Shown here: positions 1 to 9,531 of the stretch, piece after piece | Position numbering within the stretch: position 1 is the first letter of the stretch | Layout: each line of letters begins with the position of its first letter | Source of the DNA: Candidatus Portnoybacteria bacterium | GTDB taxonomy: Bacteria > Patescibacteriota > Minisyncoccia > Portnoybacterales > GWB1-42-6 | Assembly: GCA_016208745.1 (NCBI GenBank) | Contig: JACQXN010000001.1 | Location: forward strand, 1 to 54,007 | Length of the DNA: 54,007 nucleotides | Direction of reading: 5' to 3' | Program-made: the position numbers and the translations under genes | The notes under the pieces: model-generated | Databases searched by the model: none | What the model saw: only the letters and a program-made list of their open reading frames with translations | Told to the model about the DNA's origin: nothing

Positions 1-82
1 AACGTAGACGTAAAACATAGATTGTAGAGTTTTGGGCCATGCACCACGTTGGATGCATGGCCGTGAACCCTACGTGGTTCAC

Positions 83-120
83 GGCTCCGGCGGCAGGATA
101 GTTCGACAGGTTGCGACGGT
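83..120 (-). repeat. Degenerate direct duplicate of the 3' ~35 nt of tRNA-Asn (att-like remnant)
   Basis: 83-99 'ggctccggcggcaggat' is identical to the tRNA-Asn 3' end at 518-534. The following 'agttcgacaggttgcgac' is a decayed copy of T-arm 'tcgaacctgcgac'. Same orientation as the tRNA. Adjacent hairpin 61-85 'ccgtgaacc..ggttcacgg'. Confidence 0.6.
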
Positions 121-139
121 GAGCCCGTCGAACCGCTCA

Positions 140-445
140 CTATTTTTTCCTGCCGCAAGAATCATCAACAACCTCACGGCATTTGCTTAAACGAATCAAA
201 GTTTCTTTATCGCCTTTTATTAAGGCTTTCTTTTTTGCGGCACACCATCCTTTGATTTGCTTTTCACGATTTTCCGCTTCTTTGCGTGTCGCAAAATTTT
301 CAGTATGGATTAATTCTAAATCAGAAAACTTTTTTGTATAAAATGACTCTTTATTTAAATGTTGGCGTAATCGTCTTTGTATATTATCGGTAATACCGAC
401 ATAAAAAGTTTTCTGATCGCAAAAAAGAATATAGAGAGTCCACAT
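140..445 (-). CDS. Small GIY-YIG domain nuclease (YhbQ/UPF0213-like)
   Basis: Motifs 'YILFCDQKTFYVGITDNIQRRLRQH..ENFATRKEAENREKQIKGW' (GIY-YIG, Arg, Glu, Asn). The track ORF 140..577 runs through tRNA-Asn, so the start was moved to the internal Met 'MWTLYIL' at 445. Confidence 0.75.
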   Translation of the reverse strand: MWTLYILFCDQKTFYVGITDNIQRRLRQHLNKESFYTKKFSDLELIHTENFATRKEAENREKQIKGWCAAKKKALIKGDKETLIRLSKCREVVDDSCGRKK

Positions 446-517
446 ATTAATTAAGCCCAGAGCAATTCGGCTGAGCTTGTCGTCGAAAGAAGGGCAAATG
501 CCCTGAGCTTGTCGAAG

Positions 518-591
<74 letters not shown>

Positions 592-1248
592 ATATATTTA
601 GTTTTTAATATTATCATCTAGCCACTTTCTTCCTTGGCCAGACTTCAAAAAATGTTCTCTTTTTATTGCTTCTGTTCAGGCTTAGCTATCTACCTGTCGG
701 CAGACAGGCGCCGGAATAATTTTAATAACAGCCTTGTTTTGGATTATAACCTATAAAATATCATTTTTCAAATATTTCCCTAACAAAAAATTCTAATACA
801 CCTTTATATTAGAATTTTTATCAGCTAAGTTTTCTAACAGGATTTTTAGCGCTTTGTTTTATTCTTGCTTGGTTCAAAAAATAATCTGCAATCATCCATC
901 TTCTTTAAGCATTTTTCCAGCGCCTCTCCGCTCAGCCTTGGACAGCAATCTTTTGAAGATTGCAGTTTCTTTATAAATTCCTTTGTTTTTGCTCCATTTT
1001 TATTCATAGCGATAGTCTGGGGAGGTAACTCCCCTTTTTCTATTATAGGGTGTTTTTTTATTTTGGCAAGCCCCATCAATATTATGCAGAAATCTATGGT
1101 TTGTTTCGTCTTTTATAGTGAGGGGTCAGAAGATGAAAACTTTATTGGTAACGCGTCTTTGACCCCTCCTGGGGCCCAATCTTTCTTTCGGAGCAAAGGT
1201 CGGGGGAAGGAAGAATATAAATAATTAAAAAAAAGGAGATATACTAAC

Positions 1249-1965
1249 ATGATCACATTAAATAGTATGAAGAGTAAATTCGTAGCAGGAGCAACAGGCC
1301 TGACAATGATGGCCAGCATGGTGATGGCGCCAGCTGCTTCAGCGGCAATCTTGGGCGGCAATAATGATTTAGGGGATCTATTCGTCTTAGACCAGCTATT
1401 TGCTGGCGACGGAAGCGTCTTTGGCAATGACCGAAGAACAGTCGTCGTAGTTTCAGGCGATACCCTATCAGCTATTGCGGCAAGAGAATTAGGCGATGCC
1501 TCAAGGTTTTCCGAAATAGCCGATGCTAATGATATTGCCAATCCTAATCTCATATTCCCGGGACAAGTCTTGGTTATTCCAAGCAGCGCTTCCAGCGCCA
1601 GCACCAATTTGGGAGATCTGTTTATTTTAGACAGACTCTTTGACAACGGCAGCGGCGTGCTAAGCGGTGGGGACAATGATCTTGGCGATTTATTGGTCTT
1701 GGATCAATTGTTCGGATCAGATAACGGCATCTTTGGAGGGATGACCGGCGATAGTTCAAATCTGGGCAACCTTATAATCCTGGATGAATTATTTAACAAC
1801 GATAGCATAATCGGAGGCAACGGCATTATGGATAGCGACAATGATCTTGGCGACCTAATCATTCTTGATAAGTTGTTTGGCACAAGCAACGGTTTCCTTG
1901 GAGGCGTAACTGGCGATAGTTCAAATCTGGGCAATTTATTCATCCTTGATAAGCTCTTTGATTAA
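1249..1965 (+). CDS. Secreted LysM-domain protein with 6 tandem ~25-aa repeats (NxLGDLxxLDxLF..G..GGxxGD)
   Basis: N-terminal signal peptide. LysM 'VVVVSGDTLSAIAARELGDASRFSEIADANDIANPNLIFPGQVLVIP'. Near-identical DNA repeats, e.g. 'gatagttcaaatctgggcaa' at 1751 and 1915. AAGGAG RBS at 1234. Confidence 0.8.
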   Translation: MITLNSMKSKFVAGATGLTMMASMVMAPAASAAILGGNNDLGDLFVLDQLFAGDGSVFGNDRRTVVVVSGDTLSAIAARELGDASRFSEIADANDIANPNLIFPGQVLVIPSSASSASTNLGDLFILDRLFDNGSGVLSGGDNDLGDLLVLDQLFGSDNGIFGGMTGDSSNLGNLIILDELFNNDSIIGGNGIMDSDNDLGDLIILDKLFGTSNGFLGGVTGDSSNLGNLFILDKLFD

Positions 1966-2068
1966 AGAGCATGCCAGGCACGAATGATACTCAATTAAGC
2001 AAATAAGTCTCGCGTTAGCGGGGCTTATTTGTTGTTGTGGCTAATATATTCTTCGTGTAAAAAAATAA

Positions 2069-2119
2069 GGGGGATTCTTCGCCTTGAATCTAAAATAATT
2101 CAGGGCGAAGAATCCCCCC
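2069..2119. terminator. Bidirectional rho-independent terminator (20-bp stem)
   Basis: 'gggggattcttcgccttgaa' / loop 'tctaaaataa' / 'ttcagggcgaagaatccccc', flanked by A/T runs, between convergent genes. Confidence 0.8.
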
Positions 2120-2134
2120 AAAATTCGGAAGATT

Positions 2135-3370
2135 TTAATTAGAGACTTCTTGGGGAGTAGCTACAATAACGGAGATGCCAAGTTTATTTAATTCTTCAAT
2201 TAATCCTTCGGTATGTCCGGCGCCAAACTGAATCATGCCGATATTAAGGTTATTTTCTTTGAGCGCTTTAGCAAAATTCTCCGCTGTTTCTTTGTTTCTG
2301 ACATCAATAATAGTAGTTTCAATCGCCTTTTCTGATTCTTGGATGAGCGAATTAATTTGAGAGAGTGAAGTTATTGAGTTATACGGATTGTCGCTGCGGC
2401 TGGGAGCGGGCTGGCCTGAATTATCTTCCTGCGTTTGGAGATTTTGAAGCTCATTAAATGTTTCCTGAAATTGATTCAGGGCTTTTTTAAGCTCTGGAGA
2501 GGTGTCTGAACTTAGCGTTAAGATATCCGATTGGATGCATTGTTCGGGGTCAGTCTTCTTTTGCGTCTGACTCATATAAAGATTTCTGAGCATCGCTAAG
2601 GATTGGGAATTTGTGCCGTTGCTTTCAAGCTGGGTCTTTCGGTCTTTCTGATAAATATAATTTCTGGTTATTTGCGTGCATTGCGAAAGGGTTTCCGCGT
2701 CTTCGGAGCCATAAATCGTTAAATCCCCTCCTCTGGCTTTGAGCAGATAGGCCGCGCCTTTTAAGGCGATTTCTCTATCCAGCGTTGCGATGAAAGCATC
2801 TATATCTTTTGAAAACTTTATCTCAATAGACGGGCTAATTGTCCCATTGGCCATAGCTTCTTTTATCTGTTCTGCCTGTTTTACGAGCTTTTCTCGCAAA
2901 GCGATTTTTTCCGCCAAAATTTGAGTTTTTTCGTTGGACTGTTCAGGGCCGTATAAATCCCCTTCAATCATAACGAAATTAATGCCTGAGTTTTTCTGGA
3001 TATACGAAATAATTTCGTATATCTGGTTTTGGGCGATTTCAGCCTGGTTATTCATTGAATCGCTTGCCTGGCTGCCCGGATATTTATGGGTTTGCGGAAT
3101 AAGAACGGCCTGCGCCCATGAATTTGGCGCTGGGTGCTGGCTTATATCTCCCACGCAAGAAAGGCCTTCAAGGCCTATTAAGCAGGCTTCAAGATTTTTT
3201 GGCTGATTTTCTTCCGGAGACAAAAAATCACCAGCTTCAACTATCTGGCGAGAAAAAACAGCGTTTTTGTTGACTTTATCTCCAAAAACCAGTAAAGCAG
3301 AGACCGCTATAAAAGAAATCAGGCCAGCAAGGCCCAGCAGAATATACTTTCTTTTATTGGTAAATTGCAT
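2135..3370 (-). CDS. Membrane-anchored hypothetical protein with a C-terminal GAGH motif reminiscent of the TraB/GumN/Tiki family (tentative)
   Basis: 411-aa ORF with an N-terminal TM helix. 'MIQFGAGHTEGLIEELNKLGISV' resembles the TraB/GumN C-terminal motif. The N-terminal GTxH motif was not seen. Confidence 0.6.
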   Translation of the reverse strand: MQFTNKRKYILLGLAGLISFIAVSALLVFGDKVNKNAVFSRQIVEAGDFLSPEENQPKNLEACLIGLEGLSCVGDISQHPAPNSWAQAVLIPQTHKYPGSQASDSMNNQAEIAQNQIYEIISYIQKNSGINFVMIEGDLYGPEQSNEKTQILAEKIALREKLVKQAEQIKEAMANGTISPSIEIKFSKDIDAFIATLDREIALKGAAYLLKARGGDLTIYGSEDAETLSQCTQITRNYIYQKDRKTQLESNGTNSQSLAMLRNLYMSQTQKKTDPEQCIQSDILTLSSDTSPELKKALNQFQETFNELQNLQTQEDNSGQPAPSRSDNPYNSITSLSQINSLIQESEKAIETTIIDVRNKETAENFAKALKENNLNIGMIQFGAGHTEGLIEELNKLGISVIVATPQEVSN

Positions 3371-3653
3371 TGTTGCATTATATCAGGCTGAAAAATCATG
3401 TCAAGAGTTAAAAATAAAATTAAAAAGAAGGAAAATTTAATCAATTTTTAATATTAAAAGCCAAATCGCGCCAAGATAAATTTTAGAAGCCAATCTATTA
3501 AATTTAATCAATTTTTAATTAATCAATTATTAAGAAAAGTTTGCTTTAATAGTTTAATAGAAGAACAAACACCCTCTGCCCTCACTCCGTCCTTTTAGAA
3601 TATATCGTTGTCAAAAGATTTTATTCACCTCCTTTCTAAAAAACAGGACTCTG

Positions 3654-4217
3654 TTGCGCAGGGATAACGCCATGACCATGCAAAAAAGGGAAGAATTCGT
3701 TGCCATTTATAAAAAATATGCCCAGCCGGTGTATCGGTATTGTTTTTTTCGTGTCGGCTCAAAAGATCTGGCCGAAGAGTTAATGCAGGAAGCCTTTATT
3801 AAGACTTGGCAATACATTGTTGGCGGCAAAAAAATAGAGAACATCCGTTCCTTTCTCTATCAGGTTTCGCGCAACCTGATAATTGATTATTACAGACAAA
3901 GGGAGGCTAAATACAAAAAGACACTTAGCCTTGAAACAATAGGAGTTGAAACTATGAAAAACGGGTTGGCATATGAAAAAAAAGATGATTATGAAAAAAC
4001 TGATTTGTTGCGGGAAGTATTTTCTGTAATTGGGCGCCTGCCAAAAATGTACCAAGACTTATTGATTATGAAATACGTCCAAGACCTGCGGCCAAAAGAA
4101 ATCGCCAATATTTTGAAGGCGAGCAATAAGAATGTATCGGCCAAACTTAAAAGGGCGGAAAAGAAACTTAATTGGATTTTGGAAAATTCCGAGTTTGGAA
4201 AAAAGGTCGAAGCATAA
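3654..4217 (+). CDS. ECF-type RNA polymerase sigma-70 family factor
   Basis: Region 2 'YRYCFFRVGSKDLAEELMQEAFIKTWQ..LYQVSRNLIIDYYR'. Region 4 'LPKMYQDLLIMKYVQDLRPKEIANILKASNKNVSAKLKRAEKKL'. Confidence 0.85.
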   Translation: MRRDNAMTMQKREEFVAIYKKYAQPVYRYCFFRVGSKDLAEELMQEAFIKTWQYIVGGKKIENIRSFLYQVSRNLIIDYYRQREAKYKKTLSLETIGVETMKNGLAYEKKDDYEKTDLLREVFSVIGRLPKMYQDLLIMKYVQDLRPKEIANILKASNKNVSAKLKRAEKKLNWILENSEFGKKVEA

Positions 4218-4319
4218 AACTTCGTTTATTAAAAAAATTTGTTCTATAACTTTATATTGCGTAAGGCGGATGTTTAAAAAACAAATTCCGATTTCGTAAT
4301 TTAAGAGTTATTAAAAACC

Positions 4320-4781
4320 ATGAAAAAATTTAATCTTCAAAAAGGAGTAGCTAAATTGCCTATAATTCTTGCCGTTTTGGCAATCTTGATTGGGGTGGCT
4401 GCATTTATATTTTTCTTTGATAATATAAGAAATTCTCTTTCTCCAGCTTCCCAACTTGAAGGGTCAAATCAAGGAACCTCCCAGCAGCAGGCTCCCAAAG
4501 CCGATAAAACTTTCACTGTTGTCGGAGGCAATTATGAATTTTTACCCAAAGAAATTCGGGTAGAAGAAGGTGATCGCGTCAGAATTAATTTTGCCAGCGT
4601 TGAAGGAACTCATAATTGGGGTATTGACGAGTTTGATATCAGAACAAGAGATGCTCAAACTGGTCTGGCAACCGGAGTTGAATTTGTCGCTAACCAAGTC
4701 GGTGTTTTTGAATTTTATTCTAGCGTGGGAGACGACCGCCAGCGCGGCATGGAGGGGCGCGTTATCGTAGAGGCAAAATAG
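4320..4781 (+). CDS. Membrane-anchored cupredoxin-fold protein with incomplete copper ligands, immediately downstream of the ECF sigma
   Basis: N-terminal TM helix. 'FLPKEIRVEEGDRVRINFASVEGTHNWGIDEF..GVFEFYSSVGDDRQRGMEG'. His and Met are present; the canonical Cys and second His are absent. Confidence 0.7.
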   Translation: MKKFNLQKGVAKLPIILAVLAILIGVAAFIFFFDNIRNSLSPASQLEGSNQGTSQQQAPKADKTFTVVGGNYEFLPKEIRVEEGDRVRINFASVEGTHNWGIDEFDIRTRDAQTGLATGVEFVANQVGVFEFYSSVGDDRQRGMEGRVIVEAK

Positions 4782-4799
4782 TCGTGGTTTAAAATAAAA

Positions 4800-4832
4800 A
4801 AGAAGCATTGGTTTTTTGGCAATGCTTCTTTT
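4800..4832 (+). terminator. Rho-independent terminator
   Basis: 'aagaagcattg'/'caatgcttctt' hairpin followed by a T-run. Confidence 0.7.
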
Positions 4833-4856
4833 GGTTGAGTTTGATGAATAATACTA

Positions 4857-4924
4857 AATCCTCCCCAGCCCTCCCTAAAGGAGGGAGTAATTCCCCTCCT
4901 TTAGGAGGGGTTAAGGGAGATTTT
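4857..4924. repeat. Family A double-hairpin mini-repeat (copy A1, intergenic)
   Basis: 'aatcctccccagCCCTCCCtaaaGGAGGGagtaattCCCCTCCtttaGGAGGGGttaagggagatttt'. Related copies at 33857-33924, 46184-46275, and halves at 26344-26380 and 26739-26780. Confidence 0.85.
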
Positions 4925-4973
4925 CAGAAAGGACATCATTTAATGATGCTTAAAGGAGTGTTATTTACCAAAC

Positions 4974-6161
4974 TCAATAGCCTTTGAGTTTGCGTGATTG
5001 CTGATGCTGTCTGATTTTTTCAAGCGCCTTGGCTTCAATTTGGCGGATACGTTCTCTGGTTACGCCAAATTCTTTGCCGACTTCTTCTAGGGTATGGGTT
5101 ACCCCGTCATCCAATCCAAATCTCATTCTTAAAATCTTCTGTTCTCGGGGCGATAAGTCAATTAAAATTTCCTTTAGTTGCTGTTTTAATAATTTTCTGG
5201 CGGCAGATTGTGAAGGCAGAATTGTTTTTTCGTCTTCAATAAATTCGCCCAATGTTGAATCTTCTTCTCCTTCGCCAACCGGCGCCTCTAAAGAAACGGT
5301 TTCTTGCGAGATTTTCATAATTTGGCGCACCTTATCAAGCTCAATACCCATTTCAGCGGCGATTTCTTCAGGCAAGGGCTCTCTGCCCAAATCCTGCAAA
5401 AGCCGGCGCTTAACCTGCGTATATTTGGAAATTGTTTCAATCATATGCACAGGAATACGAATTGTCCGCGCCTGGTCAGCTAGAGCTCTGGTTATGGCTT
5501 GGCGAATCCACCAAGTGGCATAAGTTGAAAATTTATAACCTTTGCGCCAGTCATATTTTTCCACCGCTTTGAAAAGCCCGATGTTTCCTTCTTGAATTAA
5601 ATCAAGCAAAGTTAGATTAGGGCTGCGGCCGACATATCGCTTGGCAATGGAAACAACCAAACGCAAATTGGAGTTGATAAGCAGTTGTTTGGCTGATTCG
5701 TCTCCTTTCTCAATTCTTTTGGCCAGCTCCATTTCTTGTTCTTTGGAACCTAAAAGCGGCACCCGGCCAATTTCCTTTAAATACATCTGCACTGAATCTA
5801 GAGTTGCCTCATCAAGCCCAGCCATTAAGGGTTTTTTCAGCTCTTCTTCTGCATCAATTGGCGCATTATCTATAAGCTCTGTCGCATCAACAACTTTTAT
5901 GTTTGCGGCGTCTAATTTTTCATAAAGCTTCTCTAGCCCATGAATATCCCGTTCAACCTGCGGGATAATATGAAGAATTTCATTATCGGTAACAAATCCT
6001 TTTTGGCGGCCGCGTTCAATTAAAGCGTCAATTTCTTTATCAGAGATTGGCTCTTTTATTTTTTTAACGGGTTCGCCCGTTTCTTTTTTCGCCCGGAGCT
6101 TTTTCTTTTTTGACGGAGCAGCCCGCTTTATTTTTTTAACTTTCTTCTTCTTTTTTTTCAT
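4974..6161 (-). CDS. rpoD: RNA polymerase primary sigma factor RpoD (sigma-70)
   Basis: Regions 1.2 to 4 are conserved: '[29 protein letters not shown]', '[13 protein letters not shown]', '[15 protein letters not shown]'. Lys-rich N-terminus. Confidence 0.95.
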   Translation of the reverse strand: MKKKKKKVKKIKRAAPSKKKKLRAKKETGEPVKKIKEPISDKEIDALIERGRQKGFVTDNEILHIIPQVERDIHGLEKLYEKLDAANIKVVDATELIDNAPIDAEEELKKPLMAGLDEATLDSVQMYLKEIGRVPLLGSKEQEMELAKRIEKGDESAKQLLINSNLRLVVSIAKRYVGRSPNLTLLDLIQEGNIGLFKAVEKYDWRKGYKFSTYATWWIRQAITRALADQARTIRIPVHMIETISKYTQVKRRLLQDLGREPLPEEIAAEMGIELDKVRQIMKISQETVSLEAPVGEGEEDSTLGEFIEDEKTILPSQSAARKLLKQQLKEILIDLSPREQKILRMRFGLDDGVTHTLEEVGKEFGVTRERIRQIEAKALEKIRQHQQSRKLKGY

Positions 6162-6162
6162 A

Positions 6163-7983
6163 TTATCCTTTTGTTAATTCAATTAGTTGCGTTGACAACT
6201 CTCTAAATTTTTCCAGATATTTTTCCATATTTTTTTTATCCTTTTGGGCTTGGGCTTCCTGGATATCAAAACTTAGTTTCACCATTTTTTCCCTGACTTT
6301 CATAATTTTTAATTCTCTAAGGCATATTTCTATTTCTTCAATAGCGGCCAGCTCATCTGTTGGGTATTGTTCAATCTTTAGCGAGAGATACTCCAGTTTT
6401 ATAACCAGCTCTGGCGTTAGTTTCTTTCTAAGGCTTTCCAAGCAAGAATTTCTTGGTTTTCCCTGAAGCGCGCAAAGCCCGTCAAAAATTTGGGCTAAAT
6501 GCTCATTAAAAAACAGCTTTTGATTGTGGTCAGAATTTTTTAAATGTTCGGGAAAATTTAAGTAAAGGGAGAGCAATTTTTCTTCAAGCTCCTGCGCTCT
6601 TGTTCTTTCCTCTATTTTTTGCGGCGTCTGCACAGTTGTCGCCAGGTTTGAAGAAGGAAGGGAAGCTTTTCTTAACTCGGAATAAAGAATTTTTTCGTCG
6701 GTTTTTAGGCGGCGAGCCATCTCCCCTATCCAATGAGACTGCTCTATCTGGTTAGAAATTTTCTTAATAACCGGCAGAAGGATTCTGGCAATTTGTTTTT
6801 TATCTTCCGGCCGCTCAGATTTAAATTTAGCAAAAGTGCAGTCAAAATAGTAATCAATAATTGGCATGGCTTCCTCTAATGTTTTTTGCCAAGCATCGGG
6901 CTCCTCTTTTATTAAGTCTGCCGGATCTTTTTTGTCTATTTTTATTATTTTTGCGTTGAGATCATTTTCTAGCGCCAAATCAATGCTTCGTTTGGTGGCG
7001 TTTTCTCCGGCCAGATCCATATCAAAAGCAAAAATCAGATTATCAGTATAACGCTTGATAATCTTAAGATGCTCGGCTGTTAGCGCTGTGCCCGAGCTTG
7101 CCACAACATTTTTTACGCCTGCCTGATGCGACATTATCACGTCTAGGTTTCCTTCAACAAGAATGCAGGAGTTTTTTTGCCGCAGATCCATTTTGGCAAA
7201 ATTCAAACCATAGAGCAGGCGGCTTTTATCATATAAAATCGTCTGAGGCGTATTGATATACTTGCCGGCATTTACATCTTCTTTGCCAAAAATCCGGCCG
7301 GCAAAACCGACAATTTGTCCCTGAATATCAAAAATCGGGAACATTATGCGGGAGCGAAAGCGATCATAATAATTTGGAATTTGTGATTTGGAATTTTTTT
7401 GGAAATTGGAAATTGGAAATTGGAAATTTTCATCCCGCTTTACAGCTAGCCCCGTATTAAAAATATCTTCATCGCTATAACCCCGTTCTCCCAGAAAAGC
7501 GCTGAGCGAATGCCATTCATCTGGTGCCCAGCCAAGCCGCCAATCCTTGATTGTTTGCGAGCTAAGCCCTCGTTCGCTTATCAGATATTCATACGCATTT
7601 TGGCCGGATTTTGTTGCTTCTAGCTGTTTTTGAAAAAATTTAGTTGCTAGTTCGCAAATTTCATAAAGCCGTTTCCTTTGGGTCTGGACAGCAGGGTCTT
7701 GTTTTTTCAGCACCACTCCTGCCCGCCGCGCTAAAATTCTTAAAGCGTCGCCAAATTCAACGCCTTCAATCTGTTTGACGAAGGCAAAAATGTCGCCGCC
7801 TGCGCCACAGCCAAAACAATGCCAAATTTGCCGTTCGGGCGAAACCATAAAAGAAGGGGTTTTTTCGGAATGAAAAGGACACGGGGCTCTATAATTTCGC
7901 CCCGCTTTTTGCAGCTTAACATAGGAGCCGACGACCTCAATAACGTCCAGCCGATTTTTTATTTCATCAACAGGCGAAAGCAT
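6163..7983 (-). CDS. dnaG: DNA primase DnaG
   Basis: CHC2 zinc finger '[30 protein letters not shown]'. TOPRIM '[16 protein letters not shown]'. dnaG-rpoD are adjacent (macromolecular synthesis operon). Confidence 0.95.
   Translation of the reverse strand: MLSPVDEIKNRLDVIEVVGSYVKLQKAGRNYRAPCPFHSEKTPSFMVSPERQIWHCFGCGAGGDIFAFVKQIEGVEFGDALRILARRAGVVLKKQDPAVQTQRKRLYEICELATKFFQKQLEATKSGQNAYEYLISERGLSSQTIKDWRLGWAPDEWHSLSAFLGERGYSDEDIFNTGLAVKRDENFQFPISNFQKNSKSQIPNYYDRFRSRIMFPIFDIQGQIVGFAGRIFGKEDVNAGKYINTPQTILYDKSRLLYGLNFAKMDLRQKNSCILVEGNLDVIMSHQAGVKNVVASSGTALTAEHLKIIKRYTDNLIFAFDMDLAGENATKRSIDLALENDLNAKIIKIDKKDPADLIKEEPDAWQKTLEEAMPIIDYYFDCTFAKFKSERPEDKKQIARILLPVIKKISNQIEQSHWIGEMARRLKTDEKILYSELRKASLPSSNLATTVQTPQKIEERTRAQELEEKLLSLYLNFPEHLKNSDHNQKLFFNEHLAQIFDGLCALQGKPRNSCLESLRKKLTPELVIKLEYLSLKIEQYPTDELAAIEEIEICLRELKIMKVREKMVKLSFDIQEAQAQKDKKNMEKYLEKFRELSTQLIELTKG
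7401..7428. repeat. Perfect tandem heptanucleotide repeat (ggaaatt)x4 inside dnaG
   Basis: ggaaatt repeated four times. Encodes '..[12 protein letters not shown]..'. The unit is not a multiple of 3. Confidence 0.9.
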
Positions 7984-8374
7984 ATAGATTTAGCTACGGA
8001 ATACGGATAAGTACGGATATACAGATAAAATCAAAAATTCACTTGGGGGCAAGCAATGGTTTATGCGAATTTATCCGTGTCATCCGGGTGCAAATCCGGG
8101 CAATCCGGGTCGCCGTGAAATCACCTCTTAACAGGCATTTTAAGACATTCTTGAATCTTAACGTCTTTTATTTCAGGCCAGCATTCTTTCCCCCATTGCT
8201 CCATATCATAATGGTTCCAAACCCACCAAGCGCCATAAATTATCGCCGCCCAAATCACGAGTTTTAAAAAAATACGCATAAAGATTGTGTTTTTTTAAAT
8301 TATAGCCCTTTTTAGTGTTGGCGTCTACCCTTAAAAACTAAGGCTTTATCTATTATAGATTGCCAGTATATTGG

Positions 8375-9529
8375 CTAATCGCCAAAAATTTGTTGGTTAT
8401 CCGTTGATAGGCGCAGCGCTTCTTTGAGTTTGGGCGAGTCTACAAAATCATTCAAGACGCTATCTTGCTCAGCCAGAGAGATAAAAATACGCGCGTAGGT
8501 TTTATCCGAGCCATGCTGGGAATCGATTAATTCCTCATCTTTGCCCCCAAATTTCTTCATATCAGATAAATCATAAAAATTAAATCCGTAGTGATTAAAT
8601 AAATTTTCCAGTGTGCGGCTTAAGTTATCGGCAACAGCTTTATCCAAACTATCTATTGCCTGAATTTTTTGATACGCAACCAAGGCGTAAGGCGGCATAT
8701 AGCCAATAACAATTATATGGTATTTCTTACAGGCAGTCAGGAAGTCCTCTACGTTTTGCAAAGATTTTGTATCTAGCTCGCTTCCATATTCAAGGTTATT
8801 CTGACCGGGTTTAATCCTTGCGAGTATCTCGTCTATTGAACTTTTTAATATTGTCTGCTTATCGGGATTATTAATAAAATCATTATAATAAAAACTGCCA
8901 TCATTGCGGAATCCGTTTCCATTGGCGATTGCGTTTAAGCCAACTTGCGACATATCTGTTTTGTTTTGGAATACATCAGAGAGGCGAAACTTTTTTTGAA
9001 AATAGTCAAGGTATATCTTTCTCCAGCCATAGATAAAAAATTGTTCCCACGCCGGATCATTGGCCGTTGAGGACCGATGAAGAACAAAAACCTGATTAAT
9101 ATCTGTTGATTCGGGTTTAAAGCCGGGTTTAAACCATCGTTGGTCAGTCCCAAGAATAATAAATTTTGGCCGTTTTTCTGGCGGCAGGCTTTCCAAAAAA
9201 TTTACGAGGTCGCCGGATTCTTTGGCGCCGCCGCCGGCATTATAAAATGTTATTTCGGGGCGAAAAAACTCAGAACGGATATTCATTACCCTTGATGTGC
9301 CAAGAGCTAAAACTTGCGCGCCGCGCAGTTTTGCAGATAAAATTTTAAAATTTTTGTCAACATCGCTATAGGCGCGGCCAAATAAAACCGGACTAGAAGA
9401 TAATTGTTGTTCGGCCACCTTTTTTATGGACATCGCCTCTCCGCTGGACGTAAAAACTAAAAAAGGCAAAAAATATAAAAATGCCAGAGGCAAGCTGAAT
9501 AAAAAGATATTGCGTAAAAACTTTATCAT
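8375..9529 (-). CDS. DltD/AlgJ-like SGNH-fold envelope acyltransferase partner, signal-anchored
   Basis: N-terminal hydrophobic anchor, then 'SSPVLFGRAYSDVD..VLALGTSRVMN..FIILGTDQRWF'. Located directly downstream of the MBOAT gene. Start was placed at the internal Met at 9529; the track ORF start 9622 overlaps the MBOAT gene by 91 nt. Confidence 0.7.
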   Translation of the reverse strand: MIKFLRNIFLFSLPLAFLYFLPFLVFTSSGEAMSIKKVAEQQLSSSPVLFGRAYSDVDKNFKILSAKLRGAQVLALGTSRVMNIRSEFFRPEITFYNAGGGAKESGDLVNFLESLPPEKRPKFIILGTDQRWFKPGFKPESTDINQVFVLHRSSTANDPAWEQFFIYGWRKIYLDYFQKKFRLSDVFQNKTDMSQVGLNAIANGNGFRNDGSFYYNDFINNPDKQTILKSSIDEILARIKPGQNNLEYGSELDTKSLQNVEDFLTACKKYHIIVIGYMPPYALVAYQKIQAIDSLDKAVADNLSRTLENLFNHYGFNFYDLSDMKKFGGKDEELIDSQHGSDKTYARIFISLAEQDSVLNDFVDSPKLKEALRLSTDNQQIFGD

Positions 9530-9531
9530 AT

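Noticed and set aside
846-1224. Overlapping ORFs 865..1224(+) and 846..1079(-) in the long intergenic region
   Set aside because: Low-complexity hydrophobic/aromatic translations with no RBS or motif. The two overlap each other on opposite strands, so they were treated as non-coding (possible regulatory/structured region).
1113-1943. Minus-strand ORFs 1113..1676 and 1704..1943
   Set aside because: Antisense to the repeat-rich LysM gene. Repetitive DNA creates open frames on the opposite strand.
5029-5925. Plus-strand ORFs inside rpoD (5029..5523, 5641..5925) and similar antisense ORFs inside groEL (34359..35636), uvrA, flotillin (42169..43455), the FIST gene and the HK gene
   Set aside because: Antisense shadows of well-supported conserved genes. 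Ser/Ala-rich low-complexity translations.
7984-8374. Possible 52-aa minus-strand membrane ORF (8121..8279) and the 74-aa plus ORF 8043..8267
   Set aside because: No convincing RBS for either. The region also contains a family-D-like degenerate repeat, so it was left unannotated with low confidence.
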